Assembly (NCBI GenBank): GCA_009886115.1
Contig: VFJJ01000011.1
Span: 27,348-91,347, forward strand
DNA from: Actinomycetota bacterium
GTDB lineage: Bacteria; Actinomycetota; Acidimicrobiia; IMCC26256; VFJJ01
Direction of reading: 5' to 3'
Length of the DNA stretch: 64,000 bases
The translations under genes and the position numbers were made by a program. The number at the start of each line of letters is the position of its first letter. Positions within the stretch are counted from its first letter, which is position 1. Below are positions 26,641 through 38,100 of this stretch, in pieces. The notes beneath the pieces are model-generated. The model was not told where the DNA came from. It ran no database searches and worked only from the letters and a program-made list of their open reading frames with translations.

Positions 26641-29600
26641 TCAGACCCGCGAGCTGAGCACCTTGCAGAGCGCGCCGTCGATGTCGATGGGTGCAGCGTG
26701 GTCGGGTGCGGACGCGACCGGGGCGACCACGAGCGAGACCGCCAACACGTCGGCGGCGATCGTGGTCCGGTGCCGTTCGGCCGCAGCGCCGAGCGCGCCG
26801 TCGGCGTGCACCGTCACCGTGATCCGGTCGGCGATCTCGTATCCGGTGGCCTTGCGGTGCTCGTTCAACGCCCGCACGAGCTCACGGGCCAGACCGAGCG
26901 AACGCAGGTCGTCGTCGAGCTGCAGGTCGAGGGCGACGTGCAGGGGCCCGTCCTGAGCCAGTGCGAACTCGGCGTGGGCCTCGGCCCTGACCTCGACCTC
27001 GGACGCGGTCAGCTCGACGGGATCGCCGTCGACGTCGAGCACGTACACGCCGTGCTCGGCCAGGGCCCGCTGCACGTCGGCACCGTCGATCGAAGCCAGG
27101 AGGGCCTTGACTCGGGGGAGCCGCGACCCCAACCGGGGTCCGAGCACGCGGAAGTTGGGGACGACCGACCACTGGAGCAGACCGTCGAACGACGCCAGCT
27201 CCTCGACGTCGAGGACGTTCAGCTCCTCGGCGATCTGGGCCTCGAGCTCGGCGCTGACCCGTTCGCCACCCGAGGCGAACAGGAACGCCCGGCGCAGGGG
27301 CTGGCGGGTTCGCAGCTTGGCGTCGGCCCGGGCGGCCCGACCCAGCATGACGAAGCGCCGGGCCAGTTCCATCGACCGTTCGAGCTCGACGTCGATGGCG
27401 GCGTCGTCGACCTCGGGCCAGTCGGAGAGGTGCACCGAGACGGAGGCGTCGGTCGGGTCGGCCCCGGTCAGGTTGGCGAACATCTCGTCGGAGATGAAGG
27501 GGCACAACGGGGCGAGCAACTGCGTGAGGGTGAGCAGGGCCTCGTGCAGGGTCGCCGCGGCGGCATTGGCGTCGGGGTCACCCGGTCGCCCGCGCCAAAA
27601 CCGCGGGCGCGAGCGTCTGACGTACCAGTTCGACAGGTCGTCCACCAGCGATGCGATGGCCTGGGCCGCTGTGAGGGCGTCGAAGCCCTCGAGTGCCTCG
27701 GTGACGAGGCGCGCGGTCGACATCAATCGTGAACGCACCCACCGGTCGAGCACATGGGCGCCCGGTGGGCTCGGCTCGTTGGCGGCGTTGGCGGCGTTGG
27801 CGGCGGACGGTCGGGGAGCCGGGACGAAGTCGTTCAGGTTCGCGTACGTGACGAAGAACGAGTAGGTGTTCCAGAGGGTGAGGATGGTGGAGCGGAAGGC
27901 CTCGTCGATCCCCTCCATGAACACCCGCCGTGGTGTCCACGGTGAGCCTGCGCTGAAGAAGTACCACCGGAGGGCATCGGCGCCCTTGGTGTCGAGGATC
28001 GTCCACGGGTCGATGACGTTGCCCTTGGACTTCGACATCTTCTGCCCGTCCTTGTCGACGATGTGGGCCAGGCAGACGACGTTGCGATACGGCGATCTGT
28101 CGAAGACGAGCGTGTTCACCGCGAGCAGGGAGTAGAACCAGCCCCGTGTCTGGTCGATCGCCTCACAGATGAAGTCGGCCGGGAATCGGTCCTCGAGCGA
28201 GCCGCTGTCCGAGAACGGGTGGTGGAACTGTGCGGTCGGCATCGAGCCGGAGTCGAACCAGGCGTCGAGCACCGCCTCGATCCGTCGGCTCGTCCCGTCG
28301 CACCCGGGGCGGTCACACGCGAACGTGATGTCGTCGACGAACGGACGGTGGAGGTCGAGGTCGCTCAGATCCCGCCCGGCTCGGCCGGCGAGATCGGCGA
28401 CCGACGAGATGCACACGTCGGCGCGGCAGACGTCGCAGCGCCACACCGGGACGGGAGTGCCCCAGTAGCGATCGCGCGACAGGGCCCAGTCGACGTTGTT
28501 CTCGAGCCAATCGCCGAACCGCCCGTGCTTGATGTGCTCGGGGTGCCAGCCGACGAGCTCGTTCTCGCGCAGCAGCTCGGTCTTGCGGGACGAGGTCCGG
28601 GCGAACCACGACGTCTTGGCGTAGTAGATGAGCGCTGTCGAGCACCGCCAACAGTGCGGGTACGAGTGCAGGTGGTCGACGACGCCGAGCAACCGGCCGG
28701 AATCCGCCAGGTCGGCGAGGATCTGCGGATCGGCATCCTTCACGAACAACCCCGCGTAGGGACCGGCGGAGGCAGTGAACCGGGCTGCCAGATCGACCGG
28801 GTTGAGCACCGGGAGGCCCTCGCGCTGGCACGCCTCCCGGTCGACCTCGCCGAACGCCGGCGCCAGGTGGACGATGCCCGTGCCGTCTTCTGTGGTCACG
28901 AAGTCGGCTGCGATCACGACGTTGACCCGATCCGACCGACCAGTGGGCAGCTCGGGCAGCTCGGGCAGCTCGACGATGTCGAACGGGCGCTCGTAGCGCA
29001 GCCCGACGAGTACCGACGCCGGGATGTGCTCGAGCACCCGGGCGCTGGCGCCTTCGCCCATGACCGCCTCGACCCGCGACGCTGCCATCACGACATCGCG
29101 TCGACCGTCGCCGGTGCCGACGCGTACGTAGTCGATGGCCGGGCCGACCGCGGCGGCGACGTTCGAGACGAGGGTCCAGGGCGTGGTCGTCCACACCACG
29201 AGGTCGAAGTCGCGCTCGCGCACGGGCAAGCGCACGAACGCCGAAGGCTCGGTGATGTCGCGATAGCCCAGCGCCACCTCGTGCGACGAGAGCGCCGTTC
29301 CGCAGCGGCCGCAGTACGGGACGACCTTGAACCCTTCGTACACGAGCTCCTTGGCCCACATCTGGCCGAAGAGCCACCACACCGACTCGATGAACTCGTT
29401 GCTGAGCGTCCAGTACGCGTCGGTGGTGTCGAGCCACATGCCGATGCGCTCGGTGAGGCGCTCGAAGTCGTCGACGTAGCGCTGGACCGAGAGGCGGCAC
29501 CGGGCGTTGAACGGCTCGATCCCGTACGCCTCGATCTGCGCCTTGCTCGTGAAGCCCAGCTCCTTCTCGACCTCGAGCTCGACGGGGAGCCCGTGACAGT

Positions 29601-29874
29601 CCCATCCGCCCTTGCGGGCGACGTGGCGGCCCCGCATGGTGTGAAAACGGGGGTACAGATCCTTGAACACCCGGGCCCAGACGTGGTGGGTGCCGGGCTT
29701 GCCGTTGGCCGTCGGGGGGCCCTCGTAGAACACCCATTCGGGAGCGCCCGTCCGCTGGGCCAGCGAGCGGGAGAAGATCTCGCCGACCTTCCACCGCTCG
29801 AGGATGCGCGACTCGAGGGCGGGGAGATCGAGCGACGCCCTGACGGGCGCGAAGAAACGAGAACCGGTGGTCAC
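26641..29874 (-). CDS. ileS: isoleucine--tRNA ligase (long, type-2 architecture)
   Basis: HIGH-region PPTANGKPGTHHV and KMSKS (QKMSKSKGN). CP1 editing domain. 1077 aa. GTG start at 29874. Confidence 0.96.
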   Translation of the reverse strand: MTTGSRFFAPVRASLDLPALESRILERWKVGEIFSRSLAQRTGAPEWVFYEGPPTANGKPGTHHVWARVFKDLYPRFHTMRGRHVARKGGWDCHGLPVELEVEKELGFTSKAQIEAYGIEPFNARCRLSVQRYVDDFERLTERIGMWLDTTDAYWTLSNEFIESVWWLFGQMWAKELVYEGFKVVPYCGRCGTALSSHEVALGYRDITEPSAFVRLPVRERDFDLVVWTTTPWTLVSNVAAAVGPAIDYVRVGTGDGRRDVVMAASRVEAVMGEGASARVLEHIPASVLVGLRYERPFDIVELPELPELPTGRSDRVNVVIAADFVTTEDGTGIVHLAPAFGEVDREACQREGLPVLNPVDLAARFTASAGPYAGLFVKDADPQILADLADSGRLLGVVDHLHSYPHCWRCSTALIYYAKTSWFARTSSRKTELLRENELVGWHPEHIKHGRFGDWLENNVDWALSRDRYWGTPVPVWRCDVCRADVCISSVADLAGRAGRDLSDLDLHRPFVDDITFACDRPGCDGTSRRIEAVLDAWFDSGSMPTAQFHHPFSDSGSLEDRFPADFICEAIDQTRGWFYSLLAVNTLVFDRSPYRNVVCLAHIVDKDGQKMSKSKGNVIDPWTILDTKGADALRWYFFSAGSPWTPRRVFMEGIDEAFRSTILTLWNTYSFFVTYANLNDFVPAPRPSAANAANAANEPSPPGAHVLDRWVRSRLMSTARLVTEALEGFDALTAAQAIASLVDDLSNWYVRRSRPRFWRGRPGDPDANAAAATLHEALLTLTQLLAPLCPFISDEMFANLTGADPTDASVSVHLSDWPEVDDAAIDVELERSMELARRFVMLGRAARADAKLRTRQPLRRAFLFASGGERVSAELEAQIAEELNVLDVEELASFDGLLQWSVVPNFRVLGPRLGSRLPRVKALLASIDGADVQRALAEHGVYVLDVDGDPVELTASEVEVRAEAHAEFALAQDGPLHVALDLQLDDDLRSLGLARELVRALNEHRKATGYEIADRITVTVHADGALGAAAERHRTTIAADVLAVSLVVAPVASAPDHAAPIDIDGALCKVLSSRV

Positions 29875-30239
29875 GGGCGTAGCCTACCGAGGCCGGTCCC
29901 GACGTCTCGGTGGCTTTGAAGACCGTACGCTCGGCCCGATCGGCTGGCTGAGCATTCGCGGCCGGCCGTACCCGGCGGCCCTCCCGGTGGGGTCCCGTCG
30001 GAGGTGCGACCCGGTGGGTGACCCCGGGGATCGGCGCACGCGGCGCTATACTTCCCAGCCTTCGCCGGTGTCGGTTGGTGGGCGGGTCACGAGGTTGGCC
30101 GCAGCACGTCGGTGCCGGAACGCCGGGCTCGCCGAGATCAGTCGTGAGCGTGCTGTGGCTCGGGATGCACGGCGGGGCGCCCCGTCCCGAGCACCCGCCA
30201 ATCCCCTGACACCCGCTCTCCCAGACAAGGAACATCGAC

Positions 30240-30908
30240 GTGACCAAGCCGAAGACCCAGCCCGCCGACGGGACTCGAGCATCGGCCAAGGGGAGCATCA
30301 GCGTGGCGACCAAGGTCAAGGACACCATGCCGGCTCCCGCCAGCGCGGGCCGGTCTGCCAAGTCGGTATCCCCGGCATCCTCGGTCCCTTCGGCCGTCGA
30401 CTCGGGCGACGCAGCGCCCGCACCGGTGAAGACCGCCGCGGCCAAGCTGGCGGCGTCGAAGACGACGCCGGTCAAGCAAGCCCCGTCCAAGGAAGCCCCG
30501 TCCAAGGAAGCCCCGGCCAAGGTGATCAAGGCCGGTATCCCGCCGAAGACGCTCGAGAAGTTGCGCAAGCGGCTCGAAGACGTTCACGCGCAGGAGCTCA
30601 AGCAGGCGGCCGACCTCATGGCCGAAGCCGAGTCGCTGGCTGTCGACCGTGAGCAGGGTGACACGCAGTTCGACGAGGAGTCGGGCGAGGGCGACACCTT
30701 GAGCGTCGAGCGCGAGCGCGACCTCGCGTTGTCGGCCGCGTCGCGTCAGCTGGTCGAAGAGGTCGAGCGGGCCTTGCGCCGGCTCGACGCCGGCACGTTC
30801 GGCATCTGCGCGCGGTGCTCGAAGCGCATCGCCCTTCCCCGCCTCGAGTTCATCCCCCATGCGGCTCACTGCATCGAATGCGCGAACCGTCTGACCCGCC
30901 GACGTTGA
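30240..30908 (+). CDS. TraR/DksA family zinc-finger protein with low-complexity N-terminal extension
   Basis: C-terminal coiled coil plus C4 finger (CARCSKRI...HCIECAN). Sits upstream of lspA, as in many actinobacteria. GTG 30240 is preceded by AAGGAA. Confidence 0.85.
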   Translation: MTKPKTQPADGTRASAKGSISVATKVKDTMPAPASAGRSAKSVSPASSVPSAVDSGDAAPAPVKTAAAKLAASKTTPVKQAPSKEAPSKEAPAKVIKAGIPPKTLEKLRKRLEDVHAQELKQAADLMAEAESLAVDREQGDTQFDEESGEGDTLSVERERDLALSAASRQLVEEVERALRRLDAGTFGICARCSKRIALPRLEFIPHAAHCIECANRLTRRR

Positions 30909-30922
30909 GGCGGACGCGCGCG

Positions 30923-31444
30923 GTGACCGGCCCCTCAAGCGCTCCGGCGGTGAACGACGCTGCATCGTCGCGGGCCCGGCTGATCAGGCCCCTCGTCATC
31001 GCCTGCGTCATCGCGCTCGCCGACCAGGCCACCAAGATCCTGGCCGTCAGCCGGCTCGGCGATGGTCCCTACGAGCTGTTCGGCGGCATCGAGTTCCGCC
31101 TGAGTCGCAATCCCGGGAGCGCGTTCTCCCTGTTCCAGAGCCGGACGGTCGTGCTGGCGCTCGTCGCCGCGGCCCTGGTCGTCGTCCTCGTCCGATTGGC
31201 AGGCAAAGCCGAGAGCCCCGCGGCCAGCCTCGGCCTGTCGGTCGTGCTGGGCGGCGCGATCGGCAACCTGGCCGATCGGGTCTTCCGCTCGCCGGGTTTC
31301 CTCCGGGGCCATGTCGTCGACTTCATCAAGATCCCCCACTGGCCCTCGTTCAACATCGCCGACTCGGCGATCACCGTCGGCGCCGTCGTGCTGGTCCTCT
31401 GGGGCTGGACCCGACGTGACGACGAGCACCTGCCGGCATCGTGA
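30923..31444 (+). CDS. lspA: lipoprotein signal peptidase II
   Basis: DQATK...NPGSAFS...[10 protein letters not shown]...VVDFI...FNIADSAI motifs. Start is GTG 30923 or TTG 30905 (TTGA overlap with the upstream stop). Confidence 0.9.
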   Translation: MTGPSSAPAVNDAASSRARLIRPLVIACVIALADQATKILAVSRLGDGPYELFGGIEFRLSRNPGSAFSLFQSRTVVLALVAAALVVVLVRLAGKAESPAASLGLSVVLGGAIGNLADRVFRSPGFLRGHVVDFIKIPHWPSFNIADSAITVGAVVLVLWGWTRRDDEHLPAS

Positions 31445-32418
31445 GCGCCGACCGTCCGGGTGAGGCCGATCTCGACGACGACGTCACGAACCCCGCGACG
31501 GTCGACGCCGTCGAGGAGCTGATCGTCCCGCCGGTCTTCGACGGCGATCGGATCGACCGGGTCGTGGCGCTCCTGCTCGACATCCCCCGCTCGGCGGCCC
31601 AGGATCTCGTGGTCACCAACGCCGTGCTCGTCGACGGGCGACCCGCGGCCAAGAGCCGTCGCCTCCGGGCTGGTGATCGCCTCACCGTGCCGCCGGCCCC
31701 GGCCCCCGTCGACCTCCGCCCGCTCCCGCAACCGATCGAGTTCACCGTCAGACACGCCGACGACGACGTCATCGTCGTGGCCAAGCCCGTCGGCATCGTC
31801 GTGCACCCGGCCGGCGGGCATCCCGACGGGACGCTCGTCAACGGGCTCCTGCACCGGTTCCCCGAGATCGCCGGGGTGGGCGATCCGGCACGACCCGGGA
31901 TCGTGCACCGGCTCGACCGCGACACGTCGGGGCTGATGGTGGTCGCCCGCTCGGCGCTGGCCTACGCGGCTCTGGTCGACGCGCTCTCGCGCCGAGCCGT
32001 CTCGCGGGGGTACCTCGCGTTGGTCGCGGGCCACTTCGACACGCCCCGAGGCGTCGTCGACGCTCCGATCGGACGGGCGCCGCGCAACCGTGAGCGGATG
32101 GCCGTCGTCCGGGGCGGGCGCGAGGCCCGAACCGGGTTCGAGGTGCGGGAGGTGCTCGACCGATGGTCGCTCGTGGAATGTCGGCTCGAGACCGGGCGCA
32201 CCCACCAGATCAGGGTGCACCTCCAGGCCGTCGGCCACCCGGTGGCCGGCGACGCCGCGTACGGGGGCCAACGGGGCGCGTTGGGCCTGGGTCGCCAGTT
32301 CCTCCACGCCCACCAGCTCGGTTTCGAGCATCCGGCGACCGGAGTCTGGACCCAGTTCGACGAGCCCCTCCCCGACGATCTGGCCTCGGTGTTGGCTGCG
32401 CTGCGCTCGAGCAGCTGA
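31441..32418 (+). CDS. RluA-family 23S rRNA pseudouridine synthase (RluD-like)
   Basis: S4 domain (RIDRVVA), catalytic [14 protein letters not shown], and [13 protein letters not shown] overlap with lspA. Confidence 0.9.
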   Translation: MSADRPGEADLDDDVTNPATVDAVEELIVPPVFDGDRIDRVVALLLDIPRSAAQDLVVTNAVLVDGRPAAKSRRLRAGDRLTVPPAPAPVDLRPLPQPIEFTVRHADDDVIVVAKPVGIVVHPAGGHPDGTLVNGLLHRFPEIAGVGDPARPGIVHRLDRDTSGLMVVARSALAYAALVDALSRRAVSRGYLALVAGHFDTPRGVVDAPIGRAPRNRERMAVVRGGREARTGFEVREVLDRWSLVECRLETGRTHQIRVHLQAVGHPVAGDAAYGGQRGALGLGRQFLHAHQLGFEHPATGVWTQFDEPLPDDLASVLAALRSSS

Positions 32419-32435
32419 GCGCCGGCTCGCCCCGC

Positions 32436-32924
32436 TCAGCCCCGTCGCAGCTCGGCTCCGCTCAGCCCGGCCGTCTCTGAGAGCTCAGCGAGTCCGGGCG
32501 TCTCCGCGTGCTCGGCTGCCGAGTGCCCGATCACGGCCCGCTTCACGAGGTGCGTCAGGGTCACGCCGTCGAGGAGCGCGCGCATGCCCTCGGACGCCTC
32601 GATCCAGACGTCTTGGAGCACGCAGTGGCCTTCTTGGTGGTCACGCTCGCTCAGCTCGGTGACGATCGGGCCGTCGACGGCGGAGACGATCTCGGCCAGG
32701 GTGATCTCGTCGGGGGGCCGGGCCAGCACGTACCCGCCGCCAACACCCCGCTTCGACCGCACCAGTCCTGCGCCCTTGACAGCCAGCAGGATCTGCTCGA
32801 GGTAGGGCTGAGGGAGCCCGGTGCGCTCGGCGATCTCCTTCACCGACGTCGGCAGCTCGCCGCCATGGAGGGCTATCGAGAGCAGGGCGCGGGCGGCGTA
32901 GTCGCCCCGGGTCGAGACCTTCAC
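32436..32924 (-). CDS. Rrf2 family transcriptional regulator
   Basis: MKVSTRGDYAARALLSIA...SVKEIAERTGLPQPYLEQILLAVKGAGLVRSKRGVGGGYVLAR. Only one Cys, so probably not a 3-Cys Fe-S type. Confidence 0.9.
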   Translation of the reverse strand: MKVSTRGDYAARALLSIALHGGELPTSVKEIAERTGLPQPYLEQILLAVKGAGLVRSKRGVGGGYVLARPPDEITLAEIVSAVDGPIVTELSERDHQEGHCVLQDVWIEASEGMRALLDGVTLTHLVKRAVIGHSAAEHAETPGLAELSETAGLSGAELRRG

Positions 32925-33039
32925 GCATCCACCCCGATCACGGTTGCAGGCGCGGCGTGTGGCCGAACAGGTAGGTGCACATCTCGATCGTCACCCCGCC
33001 ATGGTGGCACGCCGAGCGGGCCGCTGCGAAGCCCGACCG

Positions 33040-34284
33040 ATGGCCGGCCCCCGAGCGCTGGCCGAGGCGGCCGTCCTCGAAGGCGCCGTCGGAGCTGTGA
33101 CACCCGGCTACCGTGCACCGGTGAGCGCGATCCCCGAACCCGTGCGCCCCGCCTACGGTCAGGCATCGGTGGCCGAGCTGGCTGCCGGGCTGTGGTCGGT
33201 GGTGTCCTCGGCTGGTGAGCCCGCTCGAGCCGTTGGTCCGGCGGGCCTCGTCGCCGACGTCGTGCGGGGAGCCCGAGCGGTGGTGGTGCTCCTTCTCGAC
33301 GGCCTGGGTTGGACGGCCACCCGGCAGCACGCCGTCGACCTCCCGACGATCGAAGGGTGCACCGGGGGCCCGATCACGACGGTCGTCCCGTCAACGACGG
33401 CCACGGCCCTGACCAGCTTCGCCACCGGGCGGACGCCCGCCGAGCACGGCCTGCTGGGGTATCGGTTCCGGGCCGGCGGCGCCAAGGCCACCAGCATCTT
33501 CAACGTCTTGGCCTGGGCCTTCCCCGACCGGAACATGGCGATCCCCGACCCGAATCGCTACCAGCGTCACGGGGCCTTCGTCTTCGGGGATCGACCGGTG
33601 CCGGTCGTGCACCGCTCGGAGTTCAAGACCACGGGTTTCACCCGGGCCCATCTCTCCGGGGCCGAGCACGTGGGCTGGCGCCTGCCGTCGAGCATCGCGG
33701 TCGAGGTCCCCCGCCTCGTCGCCGACGGGCATCGGTTCGTGTACGCCTACTACGACGGCGTCGACAAGATCGCCCACGAGTACGGCCTCGTCGACGCCCA
33801 CTACCGAGCAGAGCTGCGAGCAGCCGACGCCATCGTCTCAACGCTCCTCGACGCCCTACCCGACGATGTCGCGGTGGTCGTCACGGCCGACCACGGACAG
33901 GTGCACTGGGGTGTCGAGGGCTGGATGGAGCTCGGCGACGTGTGGGGGCACTGCGTCACCTGCGCGGGTGACGCCCGGTTCCGGTATCTCTACGCGATCG
34001 ACGGCGCCGCGGCCGACCTGCTGAGCGCGTGCACCGAGCGCTTCGGCGACGTTGCTTGGGTGTGCTCGCGCGAGCAACTGCTCGACGAGGGCTGGTTCGG
34101 GGCGTTGCCGGGCGACGCTGCCAGCCACGCCTGGCGGATCGGCGACGTCGTGCTCGCGGCCCGAGGACCCGTGGCCTTCGTCGATCCGGGTTTTCCCAAG
34201 GAGCGCCAGCTCCTTGCCGGGCACGGGTCGTTGACCGCCGAGGAGATGCTCGTCCCGTGCGTGGCCGCCCGCGGGAGGGCCTGA
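33040..34284 (+). CDS. alkaline-phosphatase superfamily protein (type I phosphodiesterase/nucleotide pyrophosphatase-like)
   Basis: LLLDGLGW...PSTTATALTSFATGRTPAEHG...YYDGVDKIAHEYG...VVVTADHGQV metal-site pattern. The start could be ATG 33001 or TTG 32944. Confidence 0.75.
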   Translation: MAGPRALAEAAVLEGAVGAVTPGYRAPVSAIPEPVRPAYGQASVAELAAGLWSVVSSAGEPARAVGPAGLVADVVRGARAVVVLLLDGLGWTATRQHAVDLPTIEGCTGGPITTVVPSTTATALTSFATGRTPAEHGLLGYRFRAGGAKATSIFNVLAWAFPDRNMAIPDPNRYQRHGAFVFGDRPVPVVHRSEFKTTGFTRAHLSGAEHVGWRLPSSIAVEVPRLVADGHRFVYAYYDGVDKIAHEYGLVDAHYRAELRAADAIVSTLLDALPDDVAVVVTADHGQVHWGVEGWMELGDVWGHCVTCAGDARFRYLYAIDGAAADLLSACTERFGDVAWVCSREQLLDEGWFGALPGDAASHAWRIGDVVLAARGPVAFVDPGFPKERQLLAGHGSLTAEEMLVPCVAARGRA

Positions 34285-34329
34285 CCGGGCCCCCGCCGGT
34301 GCCGGCCTCCCTCGGCTGGCCCGCCCCGC

Positions 34330-35025
34330 CTACCTCGCGGACCGCAGATCGTCGGGGAGAGCCGAGATCGTGGCGCCGCTCGTGGAGGCTTCGTGCCACG
34401 CCCGCAGCATGGGAACCGTGTGGTCCGGGAACGACAACTCGGTCCAGGGCAGCTCGGCCGGGGCGAACCAACGAGCGACAGAGGCCTCGGACGGGTCGAC
34501 CACGATCTCGGCGTCGTCGCTGATCCGGGCGTGGTAGTAGCTGTTCAGCGTGTACACCGTGGGATGGCCGGGCTCGGCCGAGCCGTAGCGGTCGATCCAC
34601 ATCCCGAGGAACCCGGTGATCTCGACGACCAGGCCCAGTTCCTCGCGGGCCTCGCGCTGCGCTGCGACGATCGGGTGCTCGTCTGCCTCGCAGAAGCCAC
34701 CGGGCACGTCCCAGCGTCCAGACCAGGGCTCGATCGAGCGCTGCTGCAGCAGCAGGGCCCCGGCGCGGACGATCAGCACCCCGGCGCAGGGCTTGGCGTT
34801 GGCCCAGTGCTCGATCGAGCAGCGTGGGCAGCGAACCGGCGGAAGCTCGGGCAGGGCGCTACCGCAGGCCGAGCAGAACACCAATCGCCTCGCTTCGTGG
34901 GGCCGGGCGACGACCGGCGTCGACCCGTCGGGTGCTCCGGGTGTGGGCTTCTTGGGGATCGGTCGAGCCTCGGCTCTCGTCAGGGACCGATCGGTGTGCC
35001 ATGATCGTAGGGCGGAAAATGACAC
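34330..35025 (-). CDS. NUDIX hydrolase with N-terminal zinc ribbon
   Basis: CSACG...CPRC ribbon, then Nudix box GGFCEADEHPIVAAQREAREELGL. The first ~48 codons have poor GC3; alternative GTG 34881. Confidence 0.85.
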   Translation of the reverse strand: MSFSALRSWHTDRSLTRAEARPIPKKPTPGAPDGSTPVVARPHEARRLVFCSACGSALPELPPVRCPRCSIEHWANAKPCAGVLIVRAGALLLQQRSIEPWSGRWDVPGGFCEADEHPIVAAQREAREELGLVVEITGFLGMWIDRYGSAEPGHPTVYTLNSYYHARISDDAEIVVDPSEASVARWFAPAELPWTELSFPDHTVPMLRAWHEASTSGATISALPDDLRSAR

Positions 35026-35124
35026 ACCTGTGATTCTCCGCCACCGGCCGGGCTGTCGGAGCGGCGCTTTCGCTCACTGCCGGCGCGGTCACGACACGGA
35101 ACCATCGCGAGACCTGTAGGCGTC

Positions 35125-38100
35125 ATGACCGATCCCTTTGTGCACCTCCACCTGCACACCGAGTACTCCATGCTCGACGGCGCGGCGCGCATCGGCGACG
35201 TCGTCGCGGCCGTGAAGGCCGACGGGGCTCCGGCGGTCGGCATCACCGATCACGGGAACATGTACGGCGTGCTCGATTTCTACAAGGCGTGCAAGGCCGC
35301 CGAGCTCACGCCGGTCATCGGGATGGAGGGCTACTTCGTCACCGGCTCACGGTTCGAGCGTCCTCGTCGTGACGACCACGAGATCCGCCACCTCACCCTG
35401 CTCGCCGAGAGCACCGAGGGCTACCACAACCTCATCAAGATCTCGTCGTACGCCTTCCTCGACGGCTTCTACTACAAGCCCCGCCTCGACTTCGAGCTCC
35501 TCGAGAAGTACGGCAAGGGGCTCATCGCAACGAGCGGTTGCCTGGGCTCCGAGGTGTGCCAGCGGCTGTTGAAGGGCGACCCGGCCGGGGCGCTCGAGGT
35601 CGCGGCCACCTTCCAGACGATCCTCGGGCGCGACAACTACTTCATCGAGATGCAAGACCACGGCTTGCCCGAGCAGCACCAGGTGTTCAAGGCGCTGCTC
35701 GAGATCGCCGAAGCGATCCAGGCGCCGGTGCTGGCCACCAACGACAGCCACTACGTCAAGAGGGAGCACGCCGAGGCGCACGCCGCCCTGCTGTGCGTCC
35801 AGACCGGTGCCACCCTCGACGATCCGAAGCGGTTCAAGTTCGACGCCGACGAGTTCTACGTGAAGTCGGCCGTCGAGATGCGCCACCTGTTTCGCGAGCT
35901 CCCCGAGTCGTGCGACAACACCCTGTGGATCGCCGAGAGGGCCGCGGTCGAGATCGAGTTCGGCAACGCCCCGCTGCCCGTGTTCCCGGTGCCCGACGGC
36001 CACACCGAGGCGAGCTATCTGCGTGAGCTGGTCGAGGACGGGGCCCGGGCCCGCTACGGCGCCCCGATCCCGAGCGACGTCAGGGAGCGCCTCGAGTACG
36101 AGCTCGCCGTCATCACCGACATGGGCTTCCCGGGCTACTTCCTCGTGGTCTGGGATCTCATCCGGTTCGCCAAGGAGTCGGGGATCAGGGTGGGCCCTGG
36201 GCGGGGGAGCGCGGCCGGATCGCTCATCTCGTACTGCCTGCGGATCACCGAGTTGTGCCCCATCCGGTACGACCTCCTGTTCGAGCGGTTCCTGAACCCG
36301 GGCCGAAAGCAGATGCCCGACATCGACATGGACTTCGACGAACGTTATCGGGGCGACATGATCCGCTACGCCGCCGAGCGCTACGGCGACGACCGGGTGG
36401 CCCAGATCATCACGTTCTCCACGATCAAGGCCCGAGCTGCGGTCCGCGACGCCTCTCGGGTGCTCGGCTACCCGTACGTCGTCGGCGACAAGATCGCCAA
36501 GCTCATGCCGCCGCTCATCATGGGCCGAGACACCCCGCTGTACGCCTGTCTCGATCCGCACCCGAAGTTCGAGGACGGCTACAAGATGGCGGCCGAGCTC
36601 CGCCAGCTCTACCAGGACGACCCCGACGCCCGCCGGGTCATCGAGGTCGCCCGGGGGCTCGAGGGCCTCCGCCGGCAAGATGGCATCCACGCCGCCGCGG
36701 TGGTGATCGCACCGTCATCGCTCACCGAGTTCCTGCCGATCCAGCGCAAGCCCGAAGGGGCCACGGGCAAGGGCGGCGATTCGGGGGCCAAGGGCGGTGG
36801 TCCGAACCGGGCCGAACGCGAGGCCAACGCGCCCATTGTCACGCAGTACGAGATGCACGGGGTCGAAGATCTCGGCCTGCTCAAGATGGACTTCCTCGGG
36901 TTGCGCAACCTGTCGGTGATCGACCGCACCCTCGAGCTCGTCGAGCGGACCACCGGGGTCAAGCCCGACATCGACGGCGTGGCCCTCGACGACGAGACGA
37001 CCTTCGCCATGTTGCGCCGTGGCGACTCGATCGGGGTGTTCCAGCTCGAGGGCGGGCCCATGCGGGCGTTGATGCGCTCGCTCGCTCCCACCTCGTTCGA
37101 GGACATCTGCGCACTCGTCGCGCTCTACCGGCCCGGCCCGATGGCCGCCAACATGCACACCGACTACGCCGATCGCAAGAACGGCCGGCAGGCGATCACC
37201 TACTACGACGACGCGCTCGAGGAGGTTCTCGGCGACACCTATGGGCTCATGATCTACCAGGAGCAGCTCATGCGGGTTGCCCAGAAGGTGGCGGGATACT
37301 CGCTCGCCGAGGCCGACAACCTGCGCAAGGCGACCGGCAAGAAGATCCGGGAGCTGCTCGCGATGGAACGCGAGAAGTTCGTCTCGGGCTGCGAAACACA
37401 AGGGTTCGGTCGAGCCTTCGGTGAGCGCATGTTCGATATCATCGAGCCGTTCGCCGACTACTCATTCAACAAGTCGCACTCATTCGCCTACGGGCTCGTC
37501 AGCTATCAAACGGCATGGCTCAAGGCGAATCACCCCGTCGAGTATCTGGCGGCTCTCCTCACCTCGGTCAAGGCAAACCAGGACAAGGCCGCCGTGTACC
37601 TCAACGAGTGCCGGCAGATGGGCATCGAGGTCATGGTCCCCGATGTGAACGTCTCGGAGATGGATTTCGCGACACTGTACGGCGCGTCGAACGAACGGGC
37701 CGACGGGCGCATCACCTTCGGCATCTCGGGAATCCGAAATGTCGGTGAGGGTGTCGTCGAGCACGTTCTGGCCGAGCGCGAAGGGGCGGGGCTCTTCGTC
37801 GACTTCGTCGACTTCTGCGATCGCGTCGATCCGTCCGTGCTGAACAAGCGAACGGTGGAGTCGCTCATCAAGGCCGGGGCGTTCGACTCCCTCGGCCATC
37901 CCCGCAAGGGCCTCCTGCTGGTGCACGAGGAGATCATCGATCGCGCCCTCGACCGGCGGCGCGAGCGCGACGCCGGCATCATGAGCCTGTTCGGCGATCT
38001 TGGCGGCGCTGTCGATCCCGATGGTGCTTCGTTCGATCGGGTCAAGATCCCCGAGGTCGACTTCGACAAGCACGAGCGGCTGAAGTTCGAGAAGGAGATG

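Noticed and set aside
29875-30239. Possible ileS T-box riboswitch in the 365-nt ileS / dksA-like divergent region. Actinobacterial ileS genes are known to carry translational T-boxes.
   Set aside because: I read the minus-strand leader and could not find the T-box core (GGGUGGUACCGCG). The nearest match is CCGGGUACGGCCG, about 8/13, and it lacks a UGGN bulge able to pair with NCCA. There is no AUC specifier followed by a purine in a convincing Stem I. A TATAGC -10-like element (30045-30050) and a hairpin overlapping the SD-like GGUAGG are present. cmsearch with RF00230 would settle the question.
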